Made by a program: the position numbers and the translations under genes. This document shows positions 46,675-56,439 of a stretch of 64,000 nt of DNA, one piece after another (the first letter of the stretch is position 1; every line of letters begins with the position of its first letter). Where the stretch lies: positions 17,710 through 81,709 of IMG/VR virus record IMGVR_UViG_3300029713_000003. One strand, given 5' to 3'. The notes under the pieces were generated by a model that had not been told where the DNA came from, ran no database searches, and saw nothing but the letters and a program-made list of their open reading frames with translations. The stretch comes from a virus. Taxonomy: Duplodnaviria; Heunggongvirae; Uroviricota; Caudoviricetes.

Positions 46675-47205
46675 ATGTTGATTTATACGAATAATCTCTG
46701 GAAACTGTATGGAGATCTTGAGAATGTGAAAAAGGTCATGGAAGAAATTGACGACGACGGCAGAACTGCCGACGATTTTACTGATGACGAGGCGTACTCC
46801 TTTGCTTATCAGGAGATGGATGACGAATGGGATAACCTGATGGAAAACATCCGTATGCTTGATAAGAAGTCTCCGTCCTGCTGGGTTGTCGCGGCAGATT
46901 TGGAACTCTGGGATGGTCATCATGCCGGCGGTAAGATTTTTCAGAAGTTGGAAGACGCCATCTATGGGATGGTCAGCAAGATGGATTACATCACCATCGA
47001 AGAAAGTGCATACGGCAATGTGGAATTGTCCTGCTCTCATCATGACGGAACGAATCGGTTTGTTATTCGCAGGCTGAACAGTACCGGAGAGTACGCCTAC
47101 CTTCACAGTTCCGTTTTTGATGACCCGCGAACTGTTGTAGAACGTCTGAGAAAGCCGAAGTACAGCAGCAACGCACGTCTGATGTCTGCCTTTGGTTGGA
47201 GGTAA
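46675..47205 (+). CDS. Paralog B of the tandemly duplicated gene pair (about 176 aa)
   Basis: RBS GGTAAGGAGGG; about 45% identical to paralog A by eye. Confidence 0.5.
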   Translation: MLIYTNNLWKLYGDLENVKKVMEEIDDDGRTADDFTDDEAYSFAYQEMDDEWDNLMENIRMLDKKSPSCWVVAADLELWDGHHAGGKIFQKLEDAIYGMVSKMDYITIEESAYGNVELSCSHHDGTNRFVIRRLNSTGEYAYLHSSVFDDPRTVVERLRKPKYSSNARLMSAFGWR

Positions 47206-47209
47206 TGTC

Positions 47210-47734
47210 ATGGCAACCGCCTACAAACTTTTTCGATTGAAAAGTGGTCGATTATATCCACTTTATGTCCTGCCAAATCAAGAAGTGCCGCTTGGCGTAT
47301 GGCTGCAAGCTCAATCGGGTGAACGCCTACCCTCCGGTAAGGTCAAGGCAAAGCTGGGCAAAGGGCTCGCCTATCGCCCAGGCTGGCATTGCTCGGATAT
47401 CCCACTGGCTACCCATATCGGCAGGAAGAATGCGGAGGGCAACATCGTGTCCATGCATCCGGATACCGTTTGGGCAGAGGTGGAATACGCAGATTCGGTT
47501 TCCTATGCGCCGGAGGCAATAGCTAACGGGATGCGCGGCACAAGATTTAATCCGCAGAAGGCTTGCCTCGATCATATTCCAGAGGATGGATTCTATCGCT
47601 ACAAGACCAACCCCAAAATGTTGGGCGAATGGATTATCTCTGGCGCTATTCGCGTTAACAGGATTCTCACTGATGCGGAAGTAGCACAAATTTGCAGAGC
47701 GCACGGTTATGAGCCGCAAAGAAGAGCTGTTTAA
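47210..47734 (+). CDS. Hypothetical protein, 174 aa
   Basis: RBS GGTTGGAGG. Confidence 0.45.
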   Translation: MATAYKLFRLKSGRLYPLYVLPNQEVPLGVWLQAQSGERLPSGKVKAKLGKGLAYRPGWHCSDIPLATHIGRKNAEGNIVSMHPDTVWAEVEYADSVSYAPEAIANGMRGTRFNPQKACLDHIPEDGFYRYKTNPKMLGEWIISGAIRVNRILTDAEVAQICRAHGYEPQRRAV

Positions 47735-47744
47735 GGAGGATTTT

Positions 47745-48404
47745 ATGGGACAGTATTATATGCCGACGTTGATTTCTCAGGATGGTACGATTCATTCTTT
47801 GTATTCTCATTTTTATGGCAATGGATTGAAGCTGATGGAGCATTCTTACATCGGCAACGACTTTGTCAATGCAGTCTGCACGCAGATCTGGCATAAGCCT
47901 ACGGTCGTCGCATGGATTGGAGACTATTCCGACGAGCCGTATGAGGGTGAGTATTGCAAAGATATTCCAGAAGATCAGTTCATGGAAATTTACCGCGCAG
48001 TATGGGGCGAAAACAAGGAAAGAACCCAGATTTATCCCAAACCATACGGACATCTGACCATGAAAAATCGCCGTCGCTATTTGGTCAACCACACAAACCA
48101 GACCTATATCGACATGCAGGAATACATCCAGCGCAATCAGTGGCATGAAAGCGGAACTTGGACGAAGAGATATAAGAATGGGCGAGTTGACCAGAAACGA
48201 TACGACTATGATATGTGTGTTCATCCGCTCCCACTGCTTACTGCTTGCGGAAATAGTCGCGGCGGCGGTGACTACCATGATTGCTTCCCGGACTATGACA
48301 AGGTTGGAACATGGGCGTTTTGCGAAATTGAGTTGACGGGAAAGAGACCGAAAGATTACGAGCAGGTCATGTATCACTTCACAGAACAGGAAAGGAGCGA
48401 GTGA
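47745..48404 (+). CDS. Hypothetical protein, 219 aa
   Basis: RBS TAAGGAGG. Confidence 0.45.
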   Translation: MGQYYMPTLISQDGTIHSLYSHFYGNGLKLMEHSYIGNDFVNAVCTQIWHKPTVVAWIGDYSDEPYEGEYCKDIPEDQFMEIYRAVWGENKERTQIYPKPYGHLTMKNRRRYLVNHTNQTYIDMQEYIQRNQWHESGTWTKRYKNGRVDQKRYDYDMCVHPLPLLTACGNSRGGGDYHDCFPDYDKVGTWAFCEIELTGKRPKDYEQVMYHFTEQERSE

Positions 48405-48406
48405 TT

Positions 48407-48850
48407 ATGAGCTATCATTACTGGACGACGGATGGCTTTGGGTTTTGCGTGGACGATATTCATACTACGCCGAAGCGGTTAATGGAATTGGCTGCGATGA
48501 ATAAGAAAGTGCTGCGCCGGGTTGAAGAATATCTGAATGAAGAGCATCCCGGATGGACGATTGAATCCTTGAATATGGAAGATTTCAACGATCTGGAAGG
48601 TGATTACGGAGAAACTGGTTTGGCATATGTCCTTTATGAAGTTATCTTTGCAGAGTTGACTGTTACTGTCACATCGGATTTCGACAACAGGTACTATATT
48701 CTGTATGAACCGTCCTATCCGTGGTCTATTCCGGATGGCGAAGAACACCTAACAGAAGACGACGTTTTGAGGGTATTCCTGAAATACATTTCGGTTGTAA
48801 CGGATGAGAATATCTTCATTTACTATCAGAGTGTGGAAAATGGAGGCTGA
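48407..48850 (+). CDS. Hypothetical acidic protein, 147 aa
   Basis: RBS AAAGGAG. Confidence 0.45.
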   Translation: MSYHYWTTDGFGFCVDDIHTTPKRLMELAAMNKKVLRRVEEYLNEEHPGWTIESLNMEDFNDLEGDYGETGLAYVLYEVIFAELTVTVTSDFDNRYYILYEPSYPWSIPDGEEHLTEDDVLRVFLKYISVVTDENIFIYYQSVENGG

Positions 48851-48855
48851 TTATA

Positions 48856-49152
48856 ATGGAACAAAAGCTGGTCATGAATTGCGGCAAGTTCCGAATTGTT
48901 GCTGAAATTTATCCGAATAATGGAACGGATATTCCACCAGAGATGTGCGTCTATCTGGAAGATCAGGAGGGAAAGTTGCAGCAGGATATCTGCCTTGTTC
49001 GTAAGCACTTGCAATGCGATGTTAAAACGATGCAGTTCAAAACCTACGACAACTTGCTTGATTTGCTCATATGGGGTGATGGTGATAGCGAGGATTATAC
49101 TCATCACCAAATGATTGCCATTCATGATTTCGAGGAGGATGAAGATTCTTGA
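48856..49152 (+). CDS. Hypothetical protein, 98 aa
   Basis: RBS AATGGAGG. Confidence 0.45.
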   Translation: MEQKLVMNCGKFRIVAEIYPNNGTDIPPEMCVYLEDQEGKLQQDICLVRKHLQCDVKTMQFKTYDNLLDLLIWGDGDSEDYTHHQMIAIHDFEEDEDS

Positions 49153-49355
49153 CAATTACAAAGGCATTCAATGATATCCGCCAAGTCAAAGGGTGGAAGA
49201 TGAATGAAATCATTAAAACCAGAGAGCCGCGTGGTTTGTTCTGGTATTTTGACGAGCAGGCTCATGTGTACGTCGGTTGTGACAACCAGTATGGCGATGC
49301 ATGGACGGAAGAATTTGCCACGCGGTCTAATTGTATTGCATGGCTGAACCAATAA
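49149..49355 (+). CDS. Hypothetical protein, 68 aa (TTG start; alternative ATG at about 49200)
   Basis: ORF with overlapping start. Confidence 0.35.
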   Translation: MTITKAFNDIRQVKGWKMNEIIKTREPRGLFWYFDEQAHVYVGCDNQYGDAWTEEFATRSNCIAWLNQ

Positions 49356-49369
49356 AGGAGGAAAGATTT

Positions 49370-50073
49370 ATGAGTCATTTTCTGGTGGGCGTTTTCTGTA
49401 CGGATATTGAAGACGTGGACAACCTGCTGGCTCCTTATGATGAGCAGAATGAGGACTACTTCGAGTTCCAAGAAGACGCAAGCGAAGATCTGGAAACCCT
49501 GCGCAAAAACTATGAAGAAGATGAAGAGAAGGATAACATGACCTTTGAAGAGTGGTTGAAGGAATATAACGGCTATGTCTTGCAGGATGGTAAGATCGGT
49601 TATAGGTCTAATCCGAACGCCAAATGGGATTGGTATGACGCAGATGGCGGTCGGTGGAGGAATGCGGGTTTGTATCGCCTCAAACCCGGTGAAAAGCCGG
49701 ACGAGTGGAACCGCGTTAAAGTAAAGCAGATGGATTTCTCCCAAATCAGGAGGAATATCGGCAGGCAGAGATATTTTGGGATGAATATGTAGAAGGCAAA
49801 GCACCTGAAAAATATCCGCATGCGTTTTTGGAGCCGGAATATTACCGCAGAACTTACGGCACCAAGGAGTTTTATGTCAGCTATAACGCCGATGTCACCC
49901 GCCCTTACGCTTTCGTCACACCGGATGGCGAATGGCATGAACAGGGACAGATGGGATGGTTTGGCATCAGCACGGCCTCTCAGGAATCTATTGCACAGAA
50001 TGCCGACGATTGGCAGGAAGCTATTCAGGATTATCAAGGGCTGTATCTGGTCTATGTGGATTGCCACATCTAA
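49370..50073 (+). CDS. Hypothetical acidic protein apparently split across two frames (0 frame to 49792, then -1 frame 49720-50073). Either a frameshifted gene or a site of recoding.
   Basis: RBS AAAGGAGG at 49370. The -1 frame is open from 49720 and reads like real protein (EEYRQAEIFWDEYVEGKAPEKYPHAFLEPEYY...) with no start codon or RBS of its own. The 0 frame ends in TAG only 16 codons later. Confidence 0.4.
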
Positions 50074-50085
50074 GGAGGGTTCATC

Positions 50086-50466
50086 ATGCTGAAGGACTGC
50101 GTTCCCGCTCATCCGGAAATTCATACGGAATATTATCTCGTCTTCGACGATGGGCATGGCAATGGGTTCTGGTTTCCATGCAACCATAAAGGTGCGTTTG
50201 CAAAACCGCTGAGTCCATGCGCACAGCGGAACTACGATGACTGTCTGCAAAATCCGCATCGGTTCGTCCGTTATAACGAGGTCGTCAAGGAGGTGCGTCA
50301 TTTTACTGTCCCGGCGAGTGGCAAGTGTCGGTGCGGCAATACCGTGGAACTGATCGATGAATACTGCGGCGCTTCTCAATGCCATCAGTGTGGACAGTGG
50401 TATAACCTTTTTGGAGAAGAACTTCTTCCGCCCAGTGAGTGGTGTGAAAGTTGCAATGATTACTAA
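50086..50466 (+). CDS. Cys-rich protein, 126 aa (several CxxC motifs)
   Basis: RBS TAAGGAGGG. Confidence 0.5.
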   Translation: MLKDCVPAHPEIHTEYYLVFDDGHGNGFWFPCNHKGAFAKPLSPCAQRNYDDCLQNPHRFVRYNEVVKEVRHFTVPASGKCRCGNTVELIDEYCGASQCHQCGQWYNLFGEELLPPSEWCESCNDY

Positions 50467-50477
50467 GGAGGGACATT

Positions 50478-50660
50478 ATGAAGTACATTATGAGGCTCTT
50501 TATCAGAGATAAGGCGGCTGCGCAAGCCATCATCGACGCTTATCAGCAGTGCCGCAACTGTTCTGATTGTATTCTTCATACGCCGGAAGGGTGGAGGTGT
50601 TCTTACCAGTATGAATGTGCCATGCGGTATCTGGAAGATCATCAGGAGGACAAGCTATGA
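50478..50660 (+). CDS. Small Cys-rich protein, 60 aa
   Basis: RBS TAAGGAGGG. Confidence 0.45.
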   Translation: MKYIMRLFIRDKAAAQAIIDAYQQCRNCSDCILHTPEGWRCSYQYECAMRYLEDHQEDKL

Positions 50661-50959
50661 ACTTTGTTCTTGTTGAGGCGCGTGTTGGCCATATTACTTC
50701 CTGGTTCTTTCAGACTTATACAGAAGCTCATCGCTATATGATGAATCTGCTCAAGCAAACATTAGATACCTATTACAGCGATGAAGAAATTCCGTATTGG
50801 GAAGAAATTATACTGTGGGAGCAGTATAACGGTGGATTCTTCGGCTTTTTCGGTGATTGTGCTTATGCCAATACCGGTTGCTATACACATGAATGGCAAA
50901 TTTTTTCTGTGCATCAGGAAGAGCATGGCTGTCCACTCATAAAGAAGGTGGAGAAATGA
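50657..50959 (+). CDS. Hypothetical protein, 100 aa
   Basis: RBS CAGGAGG at the internal Met. Confidence 0.45.
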   Translation: MNFVLVEARVGHITSWFFQTYTEAHRYMMNLLKQTLDTYYSDEEIPYWEEIILWEQYNGGFFGFFGDCAYANTGCYTHEWQIFSVHQEEHGCPLIKKVEK

Positions 50960-51087
50960 ACTATCAGATCAACCGCGTTCAGGATCACTATGAAGTCTAC
51001 TCCTATGGGCGGTTTGTGTGCAGTGCCGACACCTTGGAGGAAACCGTTCAGGAATTGGAACATGAAAAGGAGAAGCTGGAATCATGA
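50956..51087 (+). CDS. Small protein, 43 aa
   Basis: RBS GGTGGAG; overlapping starts and stops. Confidence 0.3.
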   Translation: MNYQINRVQDHYEVYSYGRFVCSADTLEETVQELEHEKEKLES

Positions 51088-51404
51088 AGATTGTTGTGCC
51101 GTGCGACGTGGAAATCCGCCGCTTCTATCGTACCTATGTGACTGTGGATGAGGATACTTCCGATGCGGAGATTGTCCTCAAAGCTAAAGCGGAGATTTTG
51201 GAACATCAGGATGCTGTTTTATCACCCGACCCCGACCTTGATATTGAGGCGCATGATATTTTGAATGTCTGTTTGGATTCGGAAAACTGGCTTGAAGATA
51301 TGGATGACGAGGGCGAACTTTATACGCCGTCCTCGTATCATGGCGACTATAGTCCCGGTAATCCGTGGGACGCACCCGGCATGAGCATTCGCGATTTTAT
51401 CTGA
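51084..51404 (+). CDS. Hypothetical acidic protein, 106 aa
   Basis: RBS AAGGAGAAG. Confidence 0.45.
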   Translation: MKIVVPCDVEIRRFYRTYVTVDEDTSDAEIVLKAKAEILEHQDAVLSPDPDLDIEAHDILNVCLDSENWLEDMDDEGELYTPSSYHGDYSPGNPWDAPGMSIRDFI

Positions 51405-51416
51405 GGAGGGTTTACT

Positions 51417-51665
51417 GTGTTCAGTTTGTATAATGTGCTGGTCAGTTTGCTGGGGAATCGGTTTTATCGCTACAGAAATAAAGGAAAAATCCGGTCGGAT
51501 GGTGAGCAGCTGCTTACAGAGACAGAGGAGCTTGCCAATGCACTTGCGGACTTGATTGATTTGGTAGATGATTGCCAAACAACAACCGGATATTACGACC
51601 CGGAAGAAGACGCAAAGTCTGGCGAAGTAGACGAATACACTGGCTATTATTATGTGTCGCTGTAA
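51417..51665 (+). CDS. Hypothetical protein, 82 aa (GTG start)
   Basis: RBS GAGGAGGG. Confidence 0.4.
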   Translation: MFSLYNVLVSLLGNRFYRYRNKGKIRSDGEQLLTETEELANALADLIDLVDDCQTTTGYYDPEEDAKSGEVDEYTGYYYVSL

Positions 51666-51677
51666 GGAGGTTTTGTT

Positions 51678-52265
51678 ATGGGACAAAGACTTGTTGTTTC
51701 AGTAAGGCATCTCGGCGAGGATATCGCCCGAATCTATTATCATTGGTCGGCTTTTTCCGTCTCCGCTTTGGAGGAGGCGCGGAAAGTGGTAGAAACCATC
51801 TACGATGATGACGATATGTCTGTCAGGGCATTGCAGCTCCGCCTTATCCGTATGGTAGAGGAATCCGGAGGAGGTATTGACGGAGGGAAAAACGGCACTG
51901 AACTGGCGCGGATTGTCCCCATGTTCCCAGAGGAAGAGTTTAAGGAGAGCGGTGCCAGCCGGAATAATGGCTTAATTGCATTGAGTAAGAGCGGTATGGA
52001 GCATTTGCTGTATTGGGCAGAGGGAACCGTCACGATTGATCTTGATGAAGACATGATCGAAAACGACGTGTACTATGACTATGATCTTGAATCCTATATG
52101 GAAGAAAACGACGCTGGTCAGGTGCGTTTAGATGACTTTCCTGATATCGGTGTGGAGCTTTCATATTTCCCAGTGTCTTATTTGGATCATGTTCTTGAAA
52201 AACTGCAACATCCTTATCTGAATGCCGTCCGTCATGGCAGTAGCATTTACCAGTTGATCGAGTGA
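51678..52265 (+). CDS. Hypothetical protein, 195 aa
   Basis: RBS TAAGGAGG. Confidence 0.5.
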   Translation: MGQRLVVSVRHLGEDIARIYYHWSAFSVSALEEARKVVETIYDDDDMSVRALQLRLIRMVEESGGGIDGGKNGTELARIVPMFPEEEFKESGASRNNGLIALSKSGMEHLLYWAEGTVTIDLDEDMIENDVYYDYDLESYMEENDAGQVRLDDFPDIGVELSYFPVSYLDHVLEKLQHPYLNAVRHGSSIYQLIE

Positions 52266-52279
52266 AAGGAGATTTTATT

Positions 52280-52732
52280 ATGGGTTATTATGTCCAGCAA
52301 AAAGAAACGAGCGTTACCATTACCAAAGCAAACTGGGACAAGCTCCATATCGATCATCCGGAATTGTTTATGGAAAAGCCAGAACACGATGGTCTGTTTG
52401 CGGAACTATTTGATGTAGATACACGATACGATAACGGCGATGTGATTTCGCTTTTCTATATGCCGGAGAAATGGTATGGCGACGATGTAGAAGAATGCCT
52501 GTCTATCATTGCTCCTTATGTGGAGGATGAATCCATGCTTTCTTTTGTTGGCGAAGATAACGCCATGTGGGGCTATTCATTCCGGCATGGGACATGGCAC
52601 GAAATGTATGGCTCGCTGGTCTGCTCGGATGTAAGGTTGAACCTTCCTCATCTGAAGGAATACGTCTTGAAGTATCTGCCAGACAGTTCGGAACGTCAAC
52701 AAATGCTGGATATTCTCGCCCAACTGCAATAA
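52280..52732 (+). CDS. Hypothetical protein, 150 aa
   Basis: RBS AAAGGAG. Confidence 0.45.
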   Translation: MGYYVQQKETSVTITKANWDKLHIDHPELFMEKPEHDGLFAELFDVDTRYDNGDVISLFYMPEKWYGDDVEECLSIIAPYVEDESMLSFVGEDNAMWGYSFRHGTWHEMYGSLVCSDVRLNLPHLKEYVLKYLPDSSERQQMLDILAQLQ

Positions 52733-52743
52733 GGAGGCTTTCC

Positions 52744-52959
52744 ATGAAAAATACAGATCGGATGAGTTGGAAAGACGGCTGGCATGTATTCGGGGATATG
52801 GGATACTACGTCGAAAACGGAAAGCTGATGCGCGGAATGATGGATGGTCGCACGGTTTATCCCTATCTTCCTGTGTCTAAGAGGTATGGCGGTGGCTGGG
52901 ATGATGCCAGTGGGATTGTTGCTAGCCGCCGAAACTTTGACCGTGTAAGCTGGTTCTAA
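52744..52959 (+). CDS. Hypothetical protein, 71 aa
   Basis: RBS TAAGGAGG. Confidence 0.45.
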   Translation: MKNTDRMSWKDGWHVFGDMGYYVENGKLMRGMMDGRTVYPYLPVSKRYGGGWDDASGIVASRRNFDRVSWF

Positions 52960-52970
52960 GGAGGAACAGT

Positions 52971-53141
52971 ATGAAGAAGTACGTTGTAGAAGCCGTTTTG
53001 CGCAAGGAAGTTACGGCAGAATCGGAGGATGAAGCCGTCGATATTGCTTTTGAAGAGTGGGATAACGAGCTGATGGAAACTCCCATCTCCGTTGCCGAGA
53101 ACAGCTTTAGTGTTAAGGAGGCTAAGAACGATGAAAACTAA
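52971..53141 (+). CDS. Small protein, 56 aa (below the ORF-track cutoff)
   Basis: RBS TAAGGAGG-N6-ATG; open frame MKKYVVEAVLRKE... Confidence 0.35.
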   Translation: MKKYVVEAVLRKEVTAESEDEAVDIAFEEWDNELMETPISVAENSFSVKEAKNDEN

Positions 53142-53433
53142 TCCTTTGTTTTCTTTGGGAATGATGGTGGCAACCCGTGCAGTTGCTGATGCCATGGAGG
53201 GAGCGCCTGATACCTTTGGTGCTTTTGCCAAACAGTGTATGCACCGTCACAGGACTGGTGACTGGGGCGACATGACAGAAGATGACAAGGCTATGAATGA
53301 TGAGGCAGTTCGTCAGGGTAACCTCCGTATCTTCTCTGCCTATGAGAATCCGAACAATCCGGAATGGAATCTCTGGATAATCACCGAGGCAGACCGCAGC
53401 GTTACAACCCTTTTGTTTCCGGGCGAATATTAA
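53131..53433 (+). CDS. Hypothetical protein, 100 aa, with TGDWGD motif
   Basis: RBS TAAGGAGG. Confidence 0.45.
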   Translation: MKTNPLFSLGMMVATRAVADAMEGAPDTFGAFAKQCMHRHRTGDWGDMTEDDKAMNDEAVRQGNLRIFSAYENPNNPEWNLWIITEADRSVTTLLFPGEY

Positions 53434-53445
53434 GGAGGATAAATT

Positions 53446-53961
53446 ATGCACGGTAGGATTTATCAACTTATTGAGGAATCGAAGACGGGTCAGTTTGACC
53501 GTATTTCCGCTGACACTTTTGATTATGAAGACTTTTTTCTTCGGGAAGTGGCGGATTATGTGGACGCTGTCGAGCCGGAACACTACGATTACGAACAGGA
53601 AGTCTTTTTCAAAAACGTGACGGAGCTTTGCACACCTTATATTCAGCTCTTTCACGATCAGAGTACCGTTGGGTTCATCCTGCGGGACGGGTTCCGCGAA
53701 AAGTACTTTGAAAAGAACTACGAAACCTTCCTGCATTGCTTGGAAGACTTGAATCAGAACACTTCTTTGCAGGCTTTTGCCAAAGGAGAGTTTGAAGGGG
53801 CGGTTTTGAGAATGGAAGCTGTTATGGATGATAAGTTCGGCTCGTATGTTGTCTGTTCAGACTGGTCTGGGGATATCGAAACACTGGATCACTTCATGCG
53901 GTATACAGCGAAGCCTGACGTCAGGTATAATCTTGAAAATATTTTGGATTACCATTGGTAA
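53446..53961 (+). CDS. Hypothetical protein, 171 aa
   Basis: RBS TAAGGAGG. Confidence 0.5.
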   Translation: MHGRIYQLIEESKTGQFDRISADTFDYEDFFLREVADYVDAVEPEHYDYEQEVFFKNVTELCTPYIQLFHDQSTVGFILRDGFREKYFEKNYETFLHCLEDLNQNTSLQAFAKGEFEGAVLRMEAVMDDKFGSYVVCSDWSGDIETLDHFMRYTAKPDVRYNLENILDYHW

Positions 53962-53969
53962 GGAGGTAC

Positions 53970-54323
53970 ATGATGAATCGTCTTTCCATTTGCAGGGACG
54001 GCAAGTCCATTCAATTAACCGCAGAGGAAATGCTGGAAGCCTATCGGCGTGTTCGGGAAGACTTGATTGAGCAGGATCTCCTTCTTCGTTTCTCGGATTC
54101 GGATGTTCTGGACAATCTGTCCGAAGTCCTCTTCCTCAGTAACTCGGAGCGTGGTATTTTGGAAGATATTCTCCTCGTGCCGGGCAGTGCTTTCTTGCAT
54201 GGCGTTTCGGATAGCGTGGCGCATATGCAAGACTTTGAAACCTACGAAGATGCCTATGCGGATATGCTCTATGAAACATTGATGGATGACCTCCGCGCTT
54301 ACTTTAACGCCTATCGCAACTAA
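53970..54323 (+). CDS. Hypothetical acidic protein, 117 aa
   Basis: RBS TAAGGAGG. Confidence 0.45.
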   Translation: MMNRLSICRDGKSIQLTAEEMLEAYRRVREDLIEQDLLLRFSDSDVLDNLSEVLFLSNSERGILEDILLVPGSAFLHGVSDSVAHMQDFETYEDAYADMLYETLMDDLRAYFNAYRN

Positions 54324-54420
54324 TCTTTTAGCAAAAACAGAATACGGTCTCTCTGGAACTGGGTCGGTCTTGTCCGGCTCAGTTCTTTTTCATGGGTCTT
54401 TGTTGGGAAAGGAAAACATT

Positions 54421-55164
54421 ATGGCAATCAAACCGGAAACCATTCGCAAAATCAAGGAAGCACGGGAGCTGTTTGTTTCTCATCCGGAAGGCAAGATGCA
54501 CGATATTCCCGCTATTACGGAATCTTGTCTGTGCAATCCGTTTTGCGAAAAAATGTCAAAGGATGCGGCTAACGTCTGTTCCAAGTGCTATGCCAGAAAC
54601 GGTCTTGGTTTTGAACAAGCGGCAGCGCTTCGCTACGCCCGTAACACGGAACTTCTCAGCCAGAGCGAGATTCCCGACTACTATCTGCCCCGCTTCTATA
54701 CGGATGTGGCACGGTTCGAAACTCATGGCGATTGGGTTAATCTGCAATCTGCACTCAATGAAATCAAGATTGCCCGCTTCAATCCCATGACGCACTTCAC
54801 CGTTTGGACGAAGCGAGTAGATATTCTGCGTCAGTTGGCGGAAGCCGGTGTGCAGCAGCCAGCTAACTTTCACGTCAAGGTTTCCTCTCCTCTGCTTAAT
54901 CAGTGCCTTCCGCAGACTGTTAAGGAAGAACTGGCAAAAAACGGATGGCATGTCTCCTACTTCACGGTACTTTCGCTGGACACGCTGCTTGAGAAGTATG
55001 GAAAGGAATACCTCCAGCAGCACGGCGATCAGGTAATTACCTGCGGTGGTCGGGATTGCCGAAACTGTATGCGTTGCTATGGCGATCATCCCATGGAGGA
55101 TGTGGTGGAGCTGCTCAAGCAGGATGCGGCGAAAGCACGTCGGCTTGGTATAAAGATTGCGTAA
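54421..55164 (+). CDS. Cys-rich protein, 247 aa (CLCNPFC, CSKC and CGGRDCRNCMRC clusters; possible metal or Fe-S binding)
   Basis: RBS GGAAAGGAAAAC at the internal Met. The upstream part of the track ORF has no RBS. Confidence 0.45.
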   Translation: MAIKPETIRKIKEARELFVSHPEGKMHDIPAITESCLCNPFCEKMSKDAANVCSKCYARNGLGFEQAAALRYARNTELLSQSEIPDYYLPRFYTDVARFETHGDWVNLQSALNEIKIARFNPMTHFTVWTKRVDILRQLAEAGVQQPANFHVKVSSPLLNQCLPQTVKEELAKNGWHVSYFTVLSLDTLLEKYGKEYLQQHGDQVITCGGRDCRNCMRCYGDHPMEDVVELLKQDAAKARRLGIKIA

Positions 55165-55183
55165 TCGAAAGGAGAAATCAATC

Positions 55184-55543
55184 ATGCAGAAAATGACTTG
55201 GCAAAAAATGACGAAACTGTTCCGTGGATACAACAAAACGAAACCGCCTGTGGATCCCGTTATTGGCTACATCATCTTTGCTCCGGAAAGTTACCGAATG
55301 GAATACTCTTTGGAGTCCCGCACTTATATGGTGTGCAGCAATTGCAACTGGTTCAATGATCGAATCAGCAGTTCGCTCTATGGTGACTGTCTGGATGGGA
55401 CGGATCGTGGCGTTCGTTTGGATTGGTATATGAAGGACTTTGGTAATCAAGGCGAATGGATTGTGGCGGATTGTTATGTAGATGATTTCGTCATGGAAAA
55501 GATTCTGGCGGCAAAAACGAAAAACAACAAGGAGGCTTTGTAA
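55184..55543 (+). CDS. Hypothetical protein, 119 aa
   Basis: RBS AAAGGAGAAA. Confidence 0.45.
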   Translation: MQKMTWQKMTKLFRGYNKTKPPVDPVIGYIIFAPESYRMEYSLESRTYMVCSNCNWFNDRISSSLYGDCLDGTDRGVRLDWYMKDFGNQGEWIVADCYVDDFVMEKILAAKTKNNKEAL

Positions 55544-55788
55544 TGCATAAGGTTTATGATCCAAAACTCCAATGGAACCCAGATGTTCAGTACGATATTG
55601 AAGAGTACTGCCCGGAATGCGGCAATATGATTGCTGTGGAGATCGACCGAGGAGATTCTCGGTTCTTCGTTACCTGTCCTGTTTGCGGACGAAAGCTGCT
55701 ACTCTGCTCCATGTGCGCCGAGCGCTGCGATTGGAATGAAGAAACCGGATGTCATATGAAAGATAGAAAGGTGGATTGGGATTTATGA
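55543..55788 (+). CDS. Zinc-ribbon protein, 81 aa (two CxxC pairs)
   Basis: RBS CAAGGAGG. Confidence 0.45.
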   Translation: MHKVYDPKLQWNPDVQYDIEEYCPECGNMIAVEIDRGDSRFFVTCPVCGRKLLLCSMCAERCDWNEETGCHMKDRKVDWDL

Positions 55789-56153
55789 TGAAGCCGGACG
55801 AATGGATTTTGACCGATGACGATTGCGCTCAGTATTTGCGCTCGATTGGTAACGCGCATTATGAAGGATGGATGATGGCAGAAGTAGCAGATGATGACAC
55901 CTACGAAGTTCACCATGTCTTTATCAATTTTGAAGATTATGAAATTGACTCTGAAGATTTTGAAGCAGAGTATCTGAATCCTTATGGTTATGCCAATCTT
56001 GAGGATGTTTGTTCTCAGTATGGGGATGAGTGGGAGCAGATCGTCGTGGAATGCATCATGGAAACGGAACTTTTTGAGACGCCTTGCTCGTTTGTTGGAA
56101 CCTTCGATGAGTGCAATCGTTATATTGTAAGAGTAATTTCATCAGACTATTGA
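55785..56153 (+). CDS. Hypothetical acidic protein, about 122 aa
   Basis: ORF with overlapping start. Confidence 0.4.
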   Translation: MMKPDEWILTDDDCAQYLRSIGNAHYEGWMMAEVADDDTYEVHHVFINFEDYEIDSEDFEAEYLNPYGYANLEDVCSQYGDEWEQIVVECIMETELFETPCSFVGTFDECNRYIVRVISSDY

Positions 56154-56161
56154 CGGATGGT

Positions 56162-56179
56162 TTGACACAGTGCTATAAT
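56162..56179 (+). promoter_or_regulatory. Extended -10 promoter TGcTATAAT (a TTGACA lies immediately upstream, too close to serve as a -35) in a 140-nt intergenic gap
   Basis: GTGCTATAAT at 56170-56179. Confidence 0.45.
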
Positions 56180-56292
56180 GCCAAAACAAATACCAAATAA
56201 TACAAATCTAAATCAACTTCTTATTGCCAACCTTGCTTTATGCGGCTAGGTTTGTTTTCTGTTTCGCTATTTGGAAAGGAGGATTTGGAACA

Positions 56293-56439
56293 ATGATGGC
56301 TTTGGACGTGCTGTATATTATCCTGCTGGCTTTTGTGGCAGGGCGTATCTCCTGCGTGATTGTTCCTGTCAAGCTGGACGCTGTAATCCATTGGTTTACC
56401 GACGTTGAGGAAGAAGAGGAGGATGACGACGATGTATGA
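56293..56439 (+). CDS. Small membrane protein with poly-acidic tail (EEEEEDDDD), 48 aa
   Basis: RBS GGAAAGGAGG. Confidence 0.4.
   Translation: MMALDVLYIILLAFVAGRISCVIVPVKLDAVIHWFTDVEEEEEDDDDV

Noticed and set aside
56162-56167. TTGACA hexamer as a -35 element
   Set aside because: It is only 3 nt upstream of the TG of the extended -10 (TGcTATAAT), so the spacing is wrong for a -35/-10 pair. The extended -10 alone is the more likely signal.
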